The notes: a model not told the origin generated them from the letters alone. A stretch of 64,000 nucleotides of DNA from Bacteroidota bacterium (GCA_020160935.1 JAIUPL010000013.1:47710-111709), one strand, 5' to 3'. Counted from the stretch's first letter, positions 55,266 to 64,000 are shown. Made by a program: numbers and translations.

Positions 55266-55350
55266 CAGCCACGCCCCTTCTGCGCCCCCCCGAATTCCTG
55301 CCTTCATTCCCCTTTGACTTTCTAGCACACCACTTTACACTACTAATATC

Positions 55351-56004
55351 ATGGAAAGAAGGACTTTTGTCCAGACCGGGGTAGCAGGTGCACTGGGTTT
55401 TGTATTTCAACCCAATGTTTCACCGTTATTAAGCCCCGTTAGAAACGACATTCACTTGTGGTTCAATCAGTTCTGCAAGTTAATTCAGGCCCGGCGATAC
55501 TGGTCGCCCAGGGTACTAACCTCCGATGATTTGCATGCTAAAGAAGCACTGGATGCCTACTTCTCCCAACGATTTTTTCAAAGGGAGAGCAATTCGATCT
55601 ATGTTCATTCCGGTGCAAAATCGTCCTACTTTTTCTATCCGGTTTACCTGCGCCATGCGCAAGTCGGTATCACCGATGTATTATTACCGGTTTTTATGCG
55701 TCAGCAAAATCAGTCCTGGCAACGCATCGGCACATTCACCGGTTTCCAGATTGAAGCGATGGCGCGGGCTGCTGTAGCCCTTCATGAGCAAGGATTGAAT
55801 GTAGCCGACTTGCTACTTCCCGTATCAGTTGGCAAACCTGATGGCGCTGCATTTCAATACGAAACCCGCATGGGCAGCGTTTCAATTTCTACCCTCGTGC
55901 AACAAAAAGCAAGTACCTCTATCCGCGTGCAACAAGATGCTGGAAAACCCGTTCTGGAGATGTCTTTCCAGTCCCAACATTGTTTGTACGCCGAGCTCAC
56001 GTAA
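55351..56004 (+). CDS. hypothetical protein with Tat-like signal
   Basis: MERRTFVQTGVAGALGFVF has a twin-arginine RRxF motif plus a hydrophobic stretch. No recognisable domain. Confidence 0.55.
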   Translation: MERRTFVQTGVAGALGFVFQPNVSPLLSPVRNDIHLWFNQFCKLIQARRYWSPRVLTSDDLHAKEALDAYFSQRFFQRESNSIYVHSGAKSSYFFYPVYLRHAQVGITDVLLPVFMRQQNQSWQRIGTFTGFQIEAMARAAVALHEQGLNVADLLLPVSVGKPDGAAFQYETRMGSVSISTLVQQKASTSIRVQQDAGKPVLEMSFQSQHCLYAELT

Positions 56005-56101
56005 AAGAATACCTCTTTTAAAGCCGCCGCCCCAACCAAACTAATCGTTTGTTTATCAATTCATTATTCATATTATTTTCTCACCAAACAAAGTGAAAAT
56101 C

Positions 56102-56608
56102 ATGGCGGAACCATTTTTGTCCGAAATTCGAATTTTCAGTTTCGGCTTTGCTCCACGAGGCTGGGCACTCTGCAACGGGCAGTTGTTGCCTATCAATCAA
56201 AACCAGGGCCTTTTCTCTCTATTAGGTACCACGTTTGGCGGCGACGGCCGCGTAAATTTCGGCTTGCCCAACCTGCAGGGGCGCACGCCGATGCATGTTG
56301 GAAGTGGACACACCCTGGGTGAACGCGGCGGCGAACAGGCGCACACGTTGTCTATCAGCGAGCTACCACAACACACGCACCTGGGCCGTGCCAGTACCAA
56401 TACGGCAACGCGCACATCCATTGGCATGAACAACTACCCATCCGACAGTTCTCCCAACAATGTGTACTCCCCTCCCGGCAACCTTGTAGCCATGCGAGCG
56501 GGCTCTGTTACCAACACCGGCGGCAGTCAGGCGCACCTGAACATGCAGCCGTTCCTGGTCCTGAATTTCTCGATTGCATTGCAGGGGATTTTCCCAAGCC
56601 AGAGTTAA
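56102..56608 (+). CDS. phage-tail-collar domain protein (MdpB/COG4675-like), paralogue 1
   Basis: PFLSEIRIFSFGFAPRGWALCNGQLLPINQNQGLFSLLGTTFGGDGRVNFGLPNLQGRTPMH. HxH motif QHTH. C-terminal GGSQAHLNMQPFLVLNFSIALQGIFPS. Confidence 0.88.
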   Translation: MAEPFLSEIRIFSFGFAPRGWALCNGQLLPINQNQGLFSLLGTTFGGDGRVNFGLPNLQGRTPMHVGSGHTLGERGGEQAHTLSISELPQHTHLGRASTNTATRTSIGMNNYPSDSSPNNVYSPPGNLVAMRAGSVTNTGGSQAHLNMQPFLVLNFSIALQGIFPSQS

Positions 56609-56685
56609 ACCGGGCGCCGGGCTTACACATTTCTTATCCTATTCATTTCATCAAAGTGCAAAACACTTTGTAAAACGCATACCAA

Positions 56686-57189
56686 ATGGCACAACCTTAT
56701 GTAGGCGAAATCCGTATGTTCGCCGGCAACTTCGCTCCTGCGGGATGGATGTTCTGCGAGGGGCAATTGCTTCCTATATCCGAATACGAAACCTTGTTCA
56801 ACCTGATCGGCACCACTTATGGCGGCGACGGCCAGAGTACTTTTGCCTTGCCTGATCTGCGCGGGCGACTACCGCTTCACTTTGGCAGCGGTTTCACGTT
56901 GGCAGAAACGGGCGGAGCAGAGGAAATCACCCTCACTGTCAATCAAATACCTGCACACTCCCACCCTATGCTGGCGAGTGCGAACTCAGCCGCCAATACG
57001 CCTGCTTCCAATAATTTGTACGCTGTTCTCAGCGGCGCCGATCTATATATAGACTCGGACAGCTCGAACAATTTTAATACAGCGATGGTGACCTCTACAG
57101 GCGGAAGCCAGCCACATACCAACTTCATGCCTTATCTGTGCGTCGATTTTATTATCTCGCTCTTTGGCATTTTCCCTTCGCAGACATAG
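56686..57189 (+). CDS. phage-tail-collar domain protein (MdpB-like), paralogue 2
   Basis: PYVGEIRMFAGNFAPAGWMFCEGQLLPISEYETLFNLIGTTYGGDGQSTFALPDLRGRLPLH. HxH motif AHSH. GGSQPHTNFMPYLCVDFIISLFGIFPS. Confidence 0.88.
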   Translation: MAQPYVGEIRMFAGNFAPAGWMFCEGQLLPISEYETLFNLIGTTYGGDGQSTFALPDLRGRLPLHFGSGFTLAETGGAEEITLTVNQIPAHSHPMLASANSAANTPASNNLYAVLSGADLYIDSDSSNNFNTAMVTSTGGSQPHTNFMPYLCVDFIISLFGIFPSQT

Positions 57190-57238
57190 TCGAAAACCTT
57201 TGATCAACCACATTGAAAAACATTCTAAAAAATAGATC

Positions 57239-57751
57239 ATGGATCCATTTGTTGCTGAAATAAGAATATTCCCCTTCAACTTTGCTCCTACTGGCTGGGC
57301 TTGGTGCGACGGACAATTGTTGCCGCTTTCCCAGAATACCGCTCTCTTTTCGCTGCTCGGAACCACCTATGGTGGAAACGGTAAAAGCAATTTCGCTTTG
57401 CCCGACCTGCAAGGCAGAGCGCCCATGCACCCCGGACAGGGGCCCGGCCTTTCGCTGCACGACCTGGGAGAAACCGGCGGCTCCGAAACCGTATCGCTGC
57501 TGGAAAGCGAAATACCCTCGCACAACCACCTGATACGAATCGACAATGCCAACCCGGCCGAATCCAACGATCCGACCGGAAAAATAGTGAGTCGCCCCTC
57601 GCGCCCGGTATTCAGTACCACGGCGGAAGTCCAAATGTCCGACCAAATGCTCGCTCCGGCTGGTGGCGACCAGCCGCACAACAACTTGCAGCCGTATCTG
57701 ACCTTGTATTTCTGTATTGCCATGCAAGGCGTATATCCACCGCGCACTTAA
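57239..57751 (+). CDS. phage-tail-collar domain protein (MdpB-like), paralogue 3
   Basis: PFVAEIRIFPFNFAPTGWAWCDGQLLPLSQNTALFSLLGTTYGGNGKSNFALPDLQGRAPMH. HxH motif SHNH. GGDQPHNNLQPYLTLYFCIAMQGVYP. Confidence 0.88.
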   Translation: MDPFVAEIRIFPFNFAPTGWAWCDGQLLPLSQNTALFSLLGTTYGGNGKSNFALPDLQGRAPMHPGQGPGLSLHDLGETGGSETVSLLESEIPSHNHLIRIDNANPAESNDPTGKIVSRPSRPVFSTTAEVQMSDQMLAPAGGDQPHNNLQPYLTLYFCIAMQGVYPPRT

Positions 57752-57761
57752 TCCGTGTACC

Positions 57762-58286
57762 ATGCAAGTGCTTGCATTTAACGATACCATTGCAGTTCGC
57801 ACAGCAGCGCCCGACGACCGGGCGCTGCTGCGCAACATTTATGGCAGCACCAGAATGTACGAACTGGAAAATACCGACTGGAACGATGCTCAAAAGGAGG
57901 CTTTTATCGATTATCAGTTTGAGGCGCAGGATACTTATTATAAACAGGTTTACCCGGATTCCGACTACGGCATCGTGCTGTATGATGGCCAGCCGGCGGG
58001 CCGCCTGTATGTGGAGCGTCATCTGATACCGGGTACTATCCGGGTCGTGGATATCGCCCTCCTGCCTGATTTCAGGAACCTGGGCATCGGAGGCTTGTTG
58101 ATCCGTCATTTGCAGGATGAAGCCTCCGCATCCGGCAAAACCTTAACCATCCATGTAGAACAATTCAATCCTGCCCTGCGGCTGTATGAACGCCTCGGCT
58201 TCCAAAAAATCAAGGAAACCCATGGGGTGTATTATTTGATGGAATGGAAGTCGCCTGCCATGGCCCACACAGCAGACGCATCCTGA
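57762..58286 (+). CDS. GNAT-family N-acetyltransferase
   Basis: ATG 57762 inside ORF 57717..58286. Acetyl-CoA motif region VVDIALLPDFRNLGIGGLLIRHL and NPALRLYERLGFQKI. Confidence 0.8.
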   Translation: MQVLAFNDTIAVRTAAPDDRALLRNIYGSTRMYELENTDWNDAQKEAFIDYQFEAQDTYYKQVYPDSDYGIVLYDGQPAGRLYVERHLIPGTIRVVDIALLPDFRNLGIGGLLIRHLQDEASASGKTLTIHVEQFNPALRLYERLGFQKIKETHGVYYLMEWKSPAMAHTADAS

Positions 58287-58385
58287 ATTGTAAGAAGTTG
58301 TTTGAGTTAATATTTGGGCCCGAAATTTTAACTCAAACAACTTTTCAAAAAAACATCCCTTGAAAACCTTTTAAATTCAGCATTC

Positions 58386-58682
58386 ATGATCGACCAACTA
58401 CAAGTTTCAGATTTTTCGCATCTGGACGGCCATACACTCCATATTCGTTTTAGCCCCGAAGTTACCCTCGAAGCACGCCTGATTGAAGTATCGACGGTAC
58501 ATGGAAATACGCCCCTCGAGCGCCATCCATTCCACCTGATACTCCAAACCCAACAAAAAGACGAATATTACCAACAGGCTATTTATACCCTCATCCATCC
58601 TGAAAAAGGAGACCTGCATTTATTTATGGTACCACTTGGAAACGACGGAAACGGCATGCGATACGAGATCGTATTTTCATGA
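58386..58682 (+). CDS. small hypothetical protein (98 aa)
   Basis: Clean ORF co-oriented in the tail-collar cluster. Ends ...LHLFMVPLGNDGNGMRYEIVFS. No family assigned with confidence. Confidence 0.5.
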   Translation: MIDQLQVSDFSHLDGHTLHIRFSPEVTLEARLIEVSTVHGNTPLERHPFHLILQTQQKDEYYQQAIYTLIHPEKGDLHLFMVPLGNDGNGMRYEIVFS

Positions 58683-58724
58683 AGCCGGGCCGGAACGCTC
58701 ATATTCGGTTCATATCAAATCAGT

Positions 58725-59711
58725 ATGCATGTAGATTACAGGCTGACACTGCGTCGGTTAACCGATGCTTTGTTGCAGCCCGATGCGCCCCCGGAGCAGT
58801 GGCGACAGACTTCCGAACAATTGTTTAATTTGCTGGCAGCCGCAGCGCAGTTGGAGCCAGACATGCCGGCCCATCGTGCCGACATCTTTTTGTCGAGTGG
58901 CAAAGCCCTTGCGCCTGTTTGGGCAGCCATGTGCATCAAGGATTTTTACCGCACCCGACAATTTATTTTGGGTCTCAAGGCGGCCATTGAAACGCTTTCG
59001 GCTACCATGCCCGGTACCCGACTTCACATCCTGTATGCCGGAACCGGGCCGTTTGCACCGCTTGCACTTCCGCTTACTATCCTGTTCACCCCCGAAACCA
59101 TACAGTTTACGCTACTGGAAATCAACCCTGACAGCGTTAATATGCTGAAACAGACCTGGGCTTCTTTTTTTGCCGATTCGTATATCCGGGAAATTCTCTG
59201 TACCGACGCTACTACTTACAAAGCCAGCCAACCTGTACACATCGTCGTGAGCGAAACCATGCAGCGGGCCTTGCAGGAAGAACCCCAGGTAGCCATTACC
59301 GCCAACCTGGTGCCACAAATCGCTCCGGGCGGCATTCTGATTCCTGAAAAAATCAGCATTTCTGCGGGATTGTACAATTTTCAAAATACATTGAAAGATC
59401 AACCAGAAAAGCAGGATGCGACTCAACAAACTCCTGTGATGGATCTTTCTATGGATCAATATGCCCTGGAGTATCCAGAGATCATCGTCGACATACCTGA
59501 AGAAGTGGAAAATGGCTATACACAATTTTGCCTTTTTACGGAAATCAGGGTTTTCGGACATATCGTGCTACAAACCGGTGATTCGGGGCTTACTCAACCC
59601 AAAATACTGTTAACTGCCGGCAACAATGGCAAATTTCACGCCCGGAAGATGCGGTTTCAGTATGTTTCAGGCAGGAACCCGGGGTTTCGAACCAGTATCG
59701 ACCTCGCATAA
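58725..59711 (+). CDS. putative class I SAM-dependent methyltransferase-like protein
   Basis: LHILYAGTGPFAPLALPL resembles the glycine-rich SAM motif I, and HIVVSETMQRAL resembles the acidic post-motif of PRMT-like enzymes. Weak, motif-level only. Confidence 0.4.
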   Translation: MHVDYRLTLRRLTDALLQPDAPPEQWRQTSEQLFNLLAAAAQLEPDMPAHRADIFLSSGKALAPVWAAMCIKDFYRTRQFILGLKAAIETLSATMPGTRLHILYAGTGPFAPLALPLTILFTPETIQFTLLEINPDSVNMLKQTWASFFADSYIREILCTDATTYKASQPVHIVVSETMQRALQEEPQVAITANLVPQIAPGGILIPEKISISAGLYNFQNTLKDQPEKQDATQQTPVMDLSMDQYALEYPEIIVDIPEEVENGYTQFCLFTEIRVFGHIVLQTGDSGLTQPKILLTAGNNGKFHARKMRFQYVSGRNPGFRTSIDLA

Positions 59712-59743
59712 TTTCACATCCGCCGGGGGTGTATCCGACTTGC

Positions 59744-61555
59744 TTAATTACTAAACATCTTCCCGATTGCCCCTTTGTGCTGTTCTGCCAGCCGTTCCCG
59801 CCGGAGTTTCAGCGTAGGCGTCAGCAATCCATTTTCCGCCGTCCAGGGCTCGAACAGCAGGTGAAAATGTCGGATTTTTTCAATCGTCCCGAGGCGGGTT
59901 TCATTGATGTGTTCTATTTCCTGCCGAAATAGTTTTTCCACCTTGGGGTTGAGCACCATAAACTGCGGAGCCGTCCAGTGTACTTTGTTCTCCCGGCACC
60001 AGTTTTCCAGCACCCCGAATTCCGGTACAATCAGCGCAGCCGCAAATGGCTGGTTGGCGCCTACTACCATGCACTGACTGATAAACGGAGAGCGCAGCAG
60101 TTGCTGCTCTACAAAGGCCGGAGCCACGAATTTGCCGGAAGTGGTTTTGAATACCTCACTCCTGCGGCCGGTCACTTTCAGGAAGCGCTTGTGCTCGAAA
60201 CGCCCCAGATCGCCGGTTTTGAACCAGCCGTCTTCCGTAAATCGCGCAGCCGTTTCTTCGGGCAAATGCAGGTAGCCGCTCGTCACATTTGGTCCGCGCA
60301 CTTCTATTTCTCCGTTGCCATCTTCGTCGAGCGGGCCTCCGATACGCACTTCCACTCCGGGTGCCGGAATACCCACGGTACCAAAATGCACCCCGCCAGG
60401 CTCGAATCGGTTGAATGCTACGACGGGGCTGGTTTCCGTCAGACCATATCCCTCGCGTACTTCTATGCCTGCCGCCGAAAACAGGCGACCGAGGCGGGGT
60501 TGCAGGGCGGCGGCGCCGACGGCGATATAGCGAATGCGGCCCCCCATGCGTTTGCGCCAATGCCTGAATACCAGCATATCGGCCAGCCAGCGTTTGAAGG
60601 CATATGCCGGCGGCAATACGCCCCCGCCCGAGTATGGGTAGCGTTCGGCCAGCCCAAGGGCCCAGTCGAGCACTTTGCGGCGCAATACGCCCGATCGGGT
60701 ACGCTCTTCCTGCAGGCGTTCGTACATGCGTTCGAGCACACGCGGTACGGCTGTCATGAAATGCGGGCGTATGTCGGGCAATATTTTCGGCAGATGTTCT
60801 ACGGCTTCCGCAAACCACAAAGGCGCACCGGCAGCCTGGTAAGCGTACGTGACCATGCGTTCAAAAATGTGGCTGAGCGGCAAAAAACTGATGACCGGCA
60901 CACCTGGGCCTACCGGCACGATGGCCAGTACCGATTTGATGTTGCTGACAATGTTGGCATGGGAGAGCATGACCCCTTTAGGAAGCCCCGTGGTACCGGA
61001 GGTGTACAAAATAGTGGCCAGTCGCTCGGGTTGAATGCCATCTCTCAGAAAGCGGATGCGGCCTTCAAGGTGTTCATCGGGGTCGCAGGCCAGTTCATCC
61101 CAGGGGATACACCGGGTATTTTCAGGTATCAGTTCCTTTTCAGGCAGGTTTTCGAAGAAAAAAAGGGAAGGGAAATGTACTTCTGCTACGATCAGTTTTT
61201 GCAGCATGGCATCATTGCTCACAAAGCAGGCCTTCAGTTCGGCATCTTTCGCAATGTGCTGAATCTCATCCATACGAGCCGTAGCGTGTATCGGTACTGG
61301 AACGAGCCCTATCTGAAGCAGTGCAGCGTCGGCCATGATCCATTGCGGGCTGCCACAATGTGCCAAAATGCCTACGCGCTCGCCTTCACGCAAACCGCAG
61401 TGCAGCAATCCGGCGCTGAGCCGGTCGCGTTCCGAAAGCAAGGCGGCGGTGGACCAATTGCGCCACTGGTGGGCTTGCCTGCCTGCTATCGACATTTGTT
61501 GCGGGTATCGATGTTGCTGGTATTCCAGCACTTCGAAAAGACGAGTAAAATCCAT
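59744..61555 (-). CDS. long-chain fatty-acid--CoA ligase (AMP-dependent synthetase)
   Basis: AMP-binding signature ILYTSGTTGLPKGVMLSH, GYGLTETS, FKTGDLGRF, and the C-terminal TPTLKLRR motif. ATG 61555 (MDFTRLFEVLEY) is preferred within ORF 59744..61603. Confidence 0.9.
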   Translation of the reverse strand: MDFTRLFEVLEYQQHRYPQQMSIAGRQAHQWRNWSTAALLSERDRLSAGLLHCGLREGERVGILAHCGSPQWIMADAALLQIGLVPVPIHATARMDEIQHIAKDAELKACFVSNDAMLQKLIVAEVHFPSLFFFENLPEKELIPENTRCIPWDELACDPDEHLEGRIRFLRDGIQPERLATILYTSGTTGLPKGVMLSHANIVSNIKSVLAIVPVGPGVPVISFLPLSHIFERMVTYAYQAAGAPLWFAEAVEHLPKILPDIRPHFMTAVPRVLERMYERLQEERTRSGVLRRKVLDWALGLAERYPYSGGGVLPPAYAFKRWLADMLVFRHWRKRMGGRIRYIAVGAAALQPRLGRLFSAAGIEVREGYGLTETSPVVAFNRFEPGGVHFGTVGIPAPGVEVRIGGPLDEDGNGEIEVRGPNVTSGYLHLPEETAARFTEDGWFKTGDLGRFEHKRFLKVTGRRSEVFKTTSGKFVAPAFVEQQLLRSPFISQCMVVGANQPFAAALIVPEFGVLENWCRENKVHWTAPQFMVLNPKVEKLFRQEIEHINETRLGTIEKIRHFHLLFEPWTAENGLLTPTLKLRRERLAEQHKGAIGKMFSN

Positions 61556-61721
61556 ATGCTTACTGAGCGGCGTATTTGCCCGAAAAATAGTCTTTTGAGC
61601 CAAATTCGATAGTAAAATCTTTCTTTTCCGGACTATGGAGGAAAGTTTTCGGCTTTACCTGCCACTTTATCGCAAACATATTTGTCATTTGTACAGTTAA
61701 AACGACGAACCAACGCTGCTC

Positions 61722-62150
61722 ATGACACGATTTTTTACACAACTGCACCTGATTGCGGTGCTGGCCATGCTGCTGTTTGCGTGGGGAAACTGCACCGGCA
61801 AGGTAACCTGCCACGAACTCTCCGGGCGCTGGACCACCCATGAAGGCCAGGATATACTTTTTCTGCAAGGCGGCAAAGCCTTGTGGCTTACGCGATTTGG
61901 AAGCCAGTACGATACGGTTCCTTTCGAATATGAATTGAATTGCAAGACCTCGCCAGCCAGCATCGATCTGGGGCATTTTTACAATGGCCCCTACACGGGA
62001 AAAACATTGTTCGGTATCCTGGAGTGGACTACGGATACTTCGTTTCGAATGCAATACGAGCCGGGAACAGATGCGGGGGTGCGGCCAGAAAAATTTAATA
62101 TGGAATCCGCAGTGAAGTTTTCGACGGCGCCGGCGCCTGAAAAGGAATAA
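61722..62150 (+). CDS. small hypothetical protein with N-terminal signal/anchor
   Basis: MTRFFTQLHLIAVLAMLLFAWGNC, then a lipocalin-like-sized soluble domain. No firm family. Confidence 0.5.
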   Translation: MTRFFTQLHLIAVLAMLLFAWGNCTGKVTCHELSGRWTTHEGQDILFLQGGKALWLTRFGSQYDTVPFEYELNCKTSPASIDLGHFYNGPYTGKTLFGILEWTTDTSFRMQYEPGTDAGVRPEKFNMESAVKFSTAPAPEKE

Positions 62151-62187
62151 CTGAAAATCTGTGAGGCGAAGCCGAACAGGCAATCCA

Positions 62188-62775
62188 TCACCCGATCCCG
62201 TTCCCGCCACCCTGCACTTCCAGTTTCCAGCCCGCGCCTTCGACCATAAAGCGGATCAGGTCGATCATTTTGGCAGCCTGTTCGCGGGCGGCAGGCAGGA
62301 GGTTGCTTTTTTCGGCCTGTTCACGGATCATGTCCTTGGCGCGCTGGTTGATACGGTTGTAGTCTTCGGGGGCAAATGTTTCAAAAATACCCTCTGAAAT
62401 ATCATAGTAATCGAGCGTATGGTCGATGCTGAGTATTTGCGGCTCGGGCAGGGCGCTCATGCGAATGGTTTTGGTGAGCGGGTCGGCTTCCAGGTGCAGT
62501 TGTTCGAGGTCGTAGCCGGCAGCCACTGTTGCTCGTACCCGTACCAGCACTTTTTTATCCCACAAAAAAGTAAAATAGCCCTGGTATTCGCTGTAGTTGT
62601 ACACTTCAGAAAAAGTACCCTCTACAGTAGTGAGTTTGGCCACTGCCTGTATTTTTTCCAGCAGCACGGAAGCGCTCTCGACCTTGTTTTGGCGCGGAAC
62701 AAAATACTGATAGGTAAGCCAGCCTCCGATGGCAAAAGCGACCAGCAGGGCCAGGATGGAAGGAGCGTTTTTCAT
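62188..62775 (-). CDS. DUF4230-like membrane-anchored protein
   Basis: N-terminal TM ILALLVAFAIGGWLTYQYF, followed by KLTTVEGTFSEVYNYS...VLVRVRATVAAGYDL, the pattern I associate with DUF4230. Confidence 0.55.
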   Translation of the reverse strand: MKNAPSILALLVAFAIGGWLTYQYFVPRQNKVESASVLLEKIQAVAKLTTVEGTFSEVYNYSEYQGYFTFLWDKKVLVRVRATVAAGYDLEQLHLEADPLTKTIRMSALPEPQILSIDHTLDYYDISEGIFETFAPEDYNRINQRAKDMIREQAEKSNLLPAAREQAAKMIDLIRFMVEGAGWKLEVQGGGNGIG

Positions 62776-62799
62776 GTTATGGAGCAGGTTTGTGAGCGG

Positions 62800-63321
62800 C
62801 TATGAAGGTATGCCATATTGGTCGCGCAATGCAGCCAGGTGGTGCAAATGATGCCCGATAATGATAAAGAAATAGGCCCTGACCGATACCTTCCAGTTGC
62901 TGGCAGTGCCCACAAAACGGGATTGTTCTTCCGTGCATTGACTCAGCAAAAACAACGTATTGTCGCGTACGGCTTTCCACTCCTTCATCAAGTCTTTCAT
63001 CGAACGGTGGCTCACATCTACCTGTTCCATCCAGATGTCCTGGTTAAAACCGGGCAAGGCAATGCGATCGCCCCGCATAAAAGACAGCAGCCGGAAGGAA
63101 AAAACGCGCTCGATATCGATCAAATGAACCACCATTTGTTTCACCGTCCATTTATCCGGCGCATAGGCGTAGTCGGCCTGTTCGGGTGTGAGCGACAGCA
63201 GCAGGTTTCGGGTATTTCGAAAAGTGGAATGGAGCAGGCTTTTGGCAGTACCGCGAGCAGGGACAAAGCGCAGGTAATATTCGTGGAAAGGAGCATACTC
63301 CCCTTTTTTGGGTCGTTTCAT
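62800..63321 (-). CDS. DinB-family (four-helix bundle) protein
   Basis: KWTVKQMVVHLIDIERVFSFRLL...IIIGHHLHHLAALRDQYG, with conserved His residues of the DinB_2 type. ATG 63321 is preferred; a GTG lies at 63327. Confidence 0.75.
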   Translation of the reverse strand: MKRPKKGEYAPFHEYYLRFVPARGTAKSLLHSTFRNTRNLLLSLTPEQADYAYAPDKWTVKQMVVHLIDIERVFSFRLLSFMRGDRIALPGFNQDIWMEQVDVSHRSMKDLMKEWKAVRDNTLFLLSQCTEEQSRFVGTASNWKVSVRAYFFIIIGHHLHHLAALRDQYGIPS

Positions 63322-63323
63322 AG

Positions 63324-63704
63324 TCACATTTTTGCCAACAGGGTCATAAACCAGACTTCAAAAACCGTGTACACCACGTAGCAACACAAAAATATGCCTA
63401 CAAACCAGTTGTCAGTGGGTTTGGCCATTTGCTGGTATAAAAACAAAAACAGCACCGACAAGGCCATTTTCCCGAATACAGACACTGTCACCAGGTTGTT
63501 GAAGGCGTATTTGCTGCTGCTCTGAACGGCACTCCGGCCGGCATAAAAAAGTCCGGTACAAATCAGCAAAAACAACAATACGGATGCGATGGAAAGTTTC
63601 CAGTATGCCTGCGTTTCCGGCAACAGCATATGCAGCAAAAACAACAGGAACGATATGGCTCCGGTAAGGCCGGCGAGATACAGGAAGAAGGTGCGGGAGG
63701 TCAT
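63324..63704 (-). CDS. 4-TM membrane protein, function unknown
   Basis: Four hydrophobic helices. Lies 3 nt downstream of the AtpZ-like gene. Confidence 0.55.
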   Translation of the reverse strand: MTSRTFFLYLAGLTGAISFLLFLLHMLLPETQAYWKLSIASVLLFLLICTGLFYAGRSAVQSSSKYAFNNLVTVSVFGKMALSVLFLFLYQQMAKPTDNWFVGIFLCCYVVYTVFEVWFMTLLAKM

Positions 63705-63707
63705 GTT

Positions 63708-63980
63708 CTACTCTTTGAGCAGTTGCCGGTAAAGAGAATAGAGCGAGGCAATCATAAACAGCACAGTCAGAAATACAGCCCAGAGTGGGCGTTCGAGGTG
63801 CATGCGCGCATCCAGCCAGCGACCGATAAACACGCCGGCCAGGCAGGCGCCCAGCAGTTGGAACGCCATGCCGCTGTATTTGGCGGTGGCCTTAATTGCC
63901 GACCTGCGCTTTTCCTCCGGCGACAACTTTGGTGGCGGCATCCTGTGCAGGTTTTCCTTCAAAGTTTTTGGCAGCGCCAT
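63708..63980 (-). CDS. AtpZ/AtpI-family small membrane protein
   Basis: KYSGMAFQLLGACLAGVFIGRWLD...PLWAVFLTVLFMIASLYSLYRQL, a two-TM pattern typical of AtpZ-like proteins. The start may be the internal Met at 63941. Confidence 0.6.
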   Translation of the reverse strand: MALPKTLKENLHRMPPPKLSPEEKRRSAIKATAKYSGMAFQLLGACLAGVFIGRWLDARMHLERPLWAVFLTVLFMIASLYSLYRQLLKE

Positions 63981-64000
63981 TGGAGGTTCCTATTTCCATC

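Noticed and set aside
56102-57751. Prophage remnant suggested by the 'phage tail collar' domains
   Set aside because: No capsid, terminase, baseplate, sheath, integrase or lysis genes lie nearby. The small stand-alone MdpB-type proteins are cellular genes.
59978-61612. 544-aa plus-strand ORF
   Set aside because: It is antisense to the acyl-CoA ligase gene, which carries the AMP-binding signature.
63893-64000. Open minus-strand frame entering from the right edge (…MEIGTSNGAAKNFEGKPAQDAATKVVAGGKAQVGN*), possibly the C-terminus of a bactofilin-like gene
   Set aside because: Only ~35 low-complexity codons are visible and they overlap the AtpZ-like start. That is too little to support a call.
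1-64000. Search for tRNA, rRNA, riboswitch or other structured RNA genes in all intergenic gaps
   Set aside because: By eye I found no cloverleaf-like or rRNA-like sequence. This needs tRNAscan-SE/Infernal for certainty.

Overview
This 64-kb chromosomal window looks Bacteroidota-like: it has T9SS-type C-terminal sorting domains, a hybrid two-component system with an AraC output, WG-repeat and tectonin proteins, and TAnnTTTG -7 boxes. The lineage call (possibly Saprospiria-like, with a fairly GC-rich backbone) is inference only. The left third (1-23.6 kb) is an accessory conflict-type region. It starts with the C-terminus of a CHAT protease and a type I R-M locus whose hsdM-hsdS pair is separated from hsdR by a repeat-filled spacer plus a two-gene cassette (an N-terminally extended ABC ATPase and a 6-TM protein). 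An AT-richer block follows with two caspase-fold proteins (one fused to a STAND NTPase and a TM helix), a Tat-exported metzincin, a 1052-aa WG-repeat protein and envelope proteins. The middle holds a TPR histidine kinase with a LuxR-type regulator, a metalloprotease-tectonin fusion, a TerB-like protein, a 1454-aa T9SS propeller/PKD protein, pepD, a hybrid two-component system, a 3645-aa Calx-beta/HYR adhesin and an 1128-aa beta-helix protein. The right end holds three tandem phage-tail-collar (MdpB-like) paralogues with GNAT, small and methyltransferase-like genes, then an acyl-CoA ligase, DUF4230-like, DinB and AtpZ-like genes. I saw no rRNA, tRNA, CRISPR array, integrase or transposase. Unusual non-coding structures include long palindromes, 21-bp and 8-bp tandem arrays, three ~160-bp elements bounded by inverted repeats, and a C11 tract. 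Domain names come from motif recognition by eye, not from database searches.
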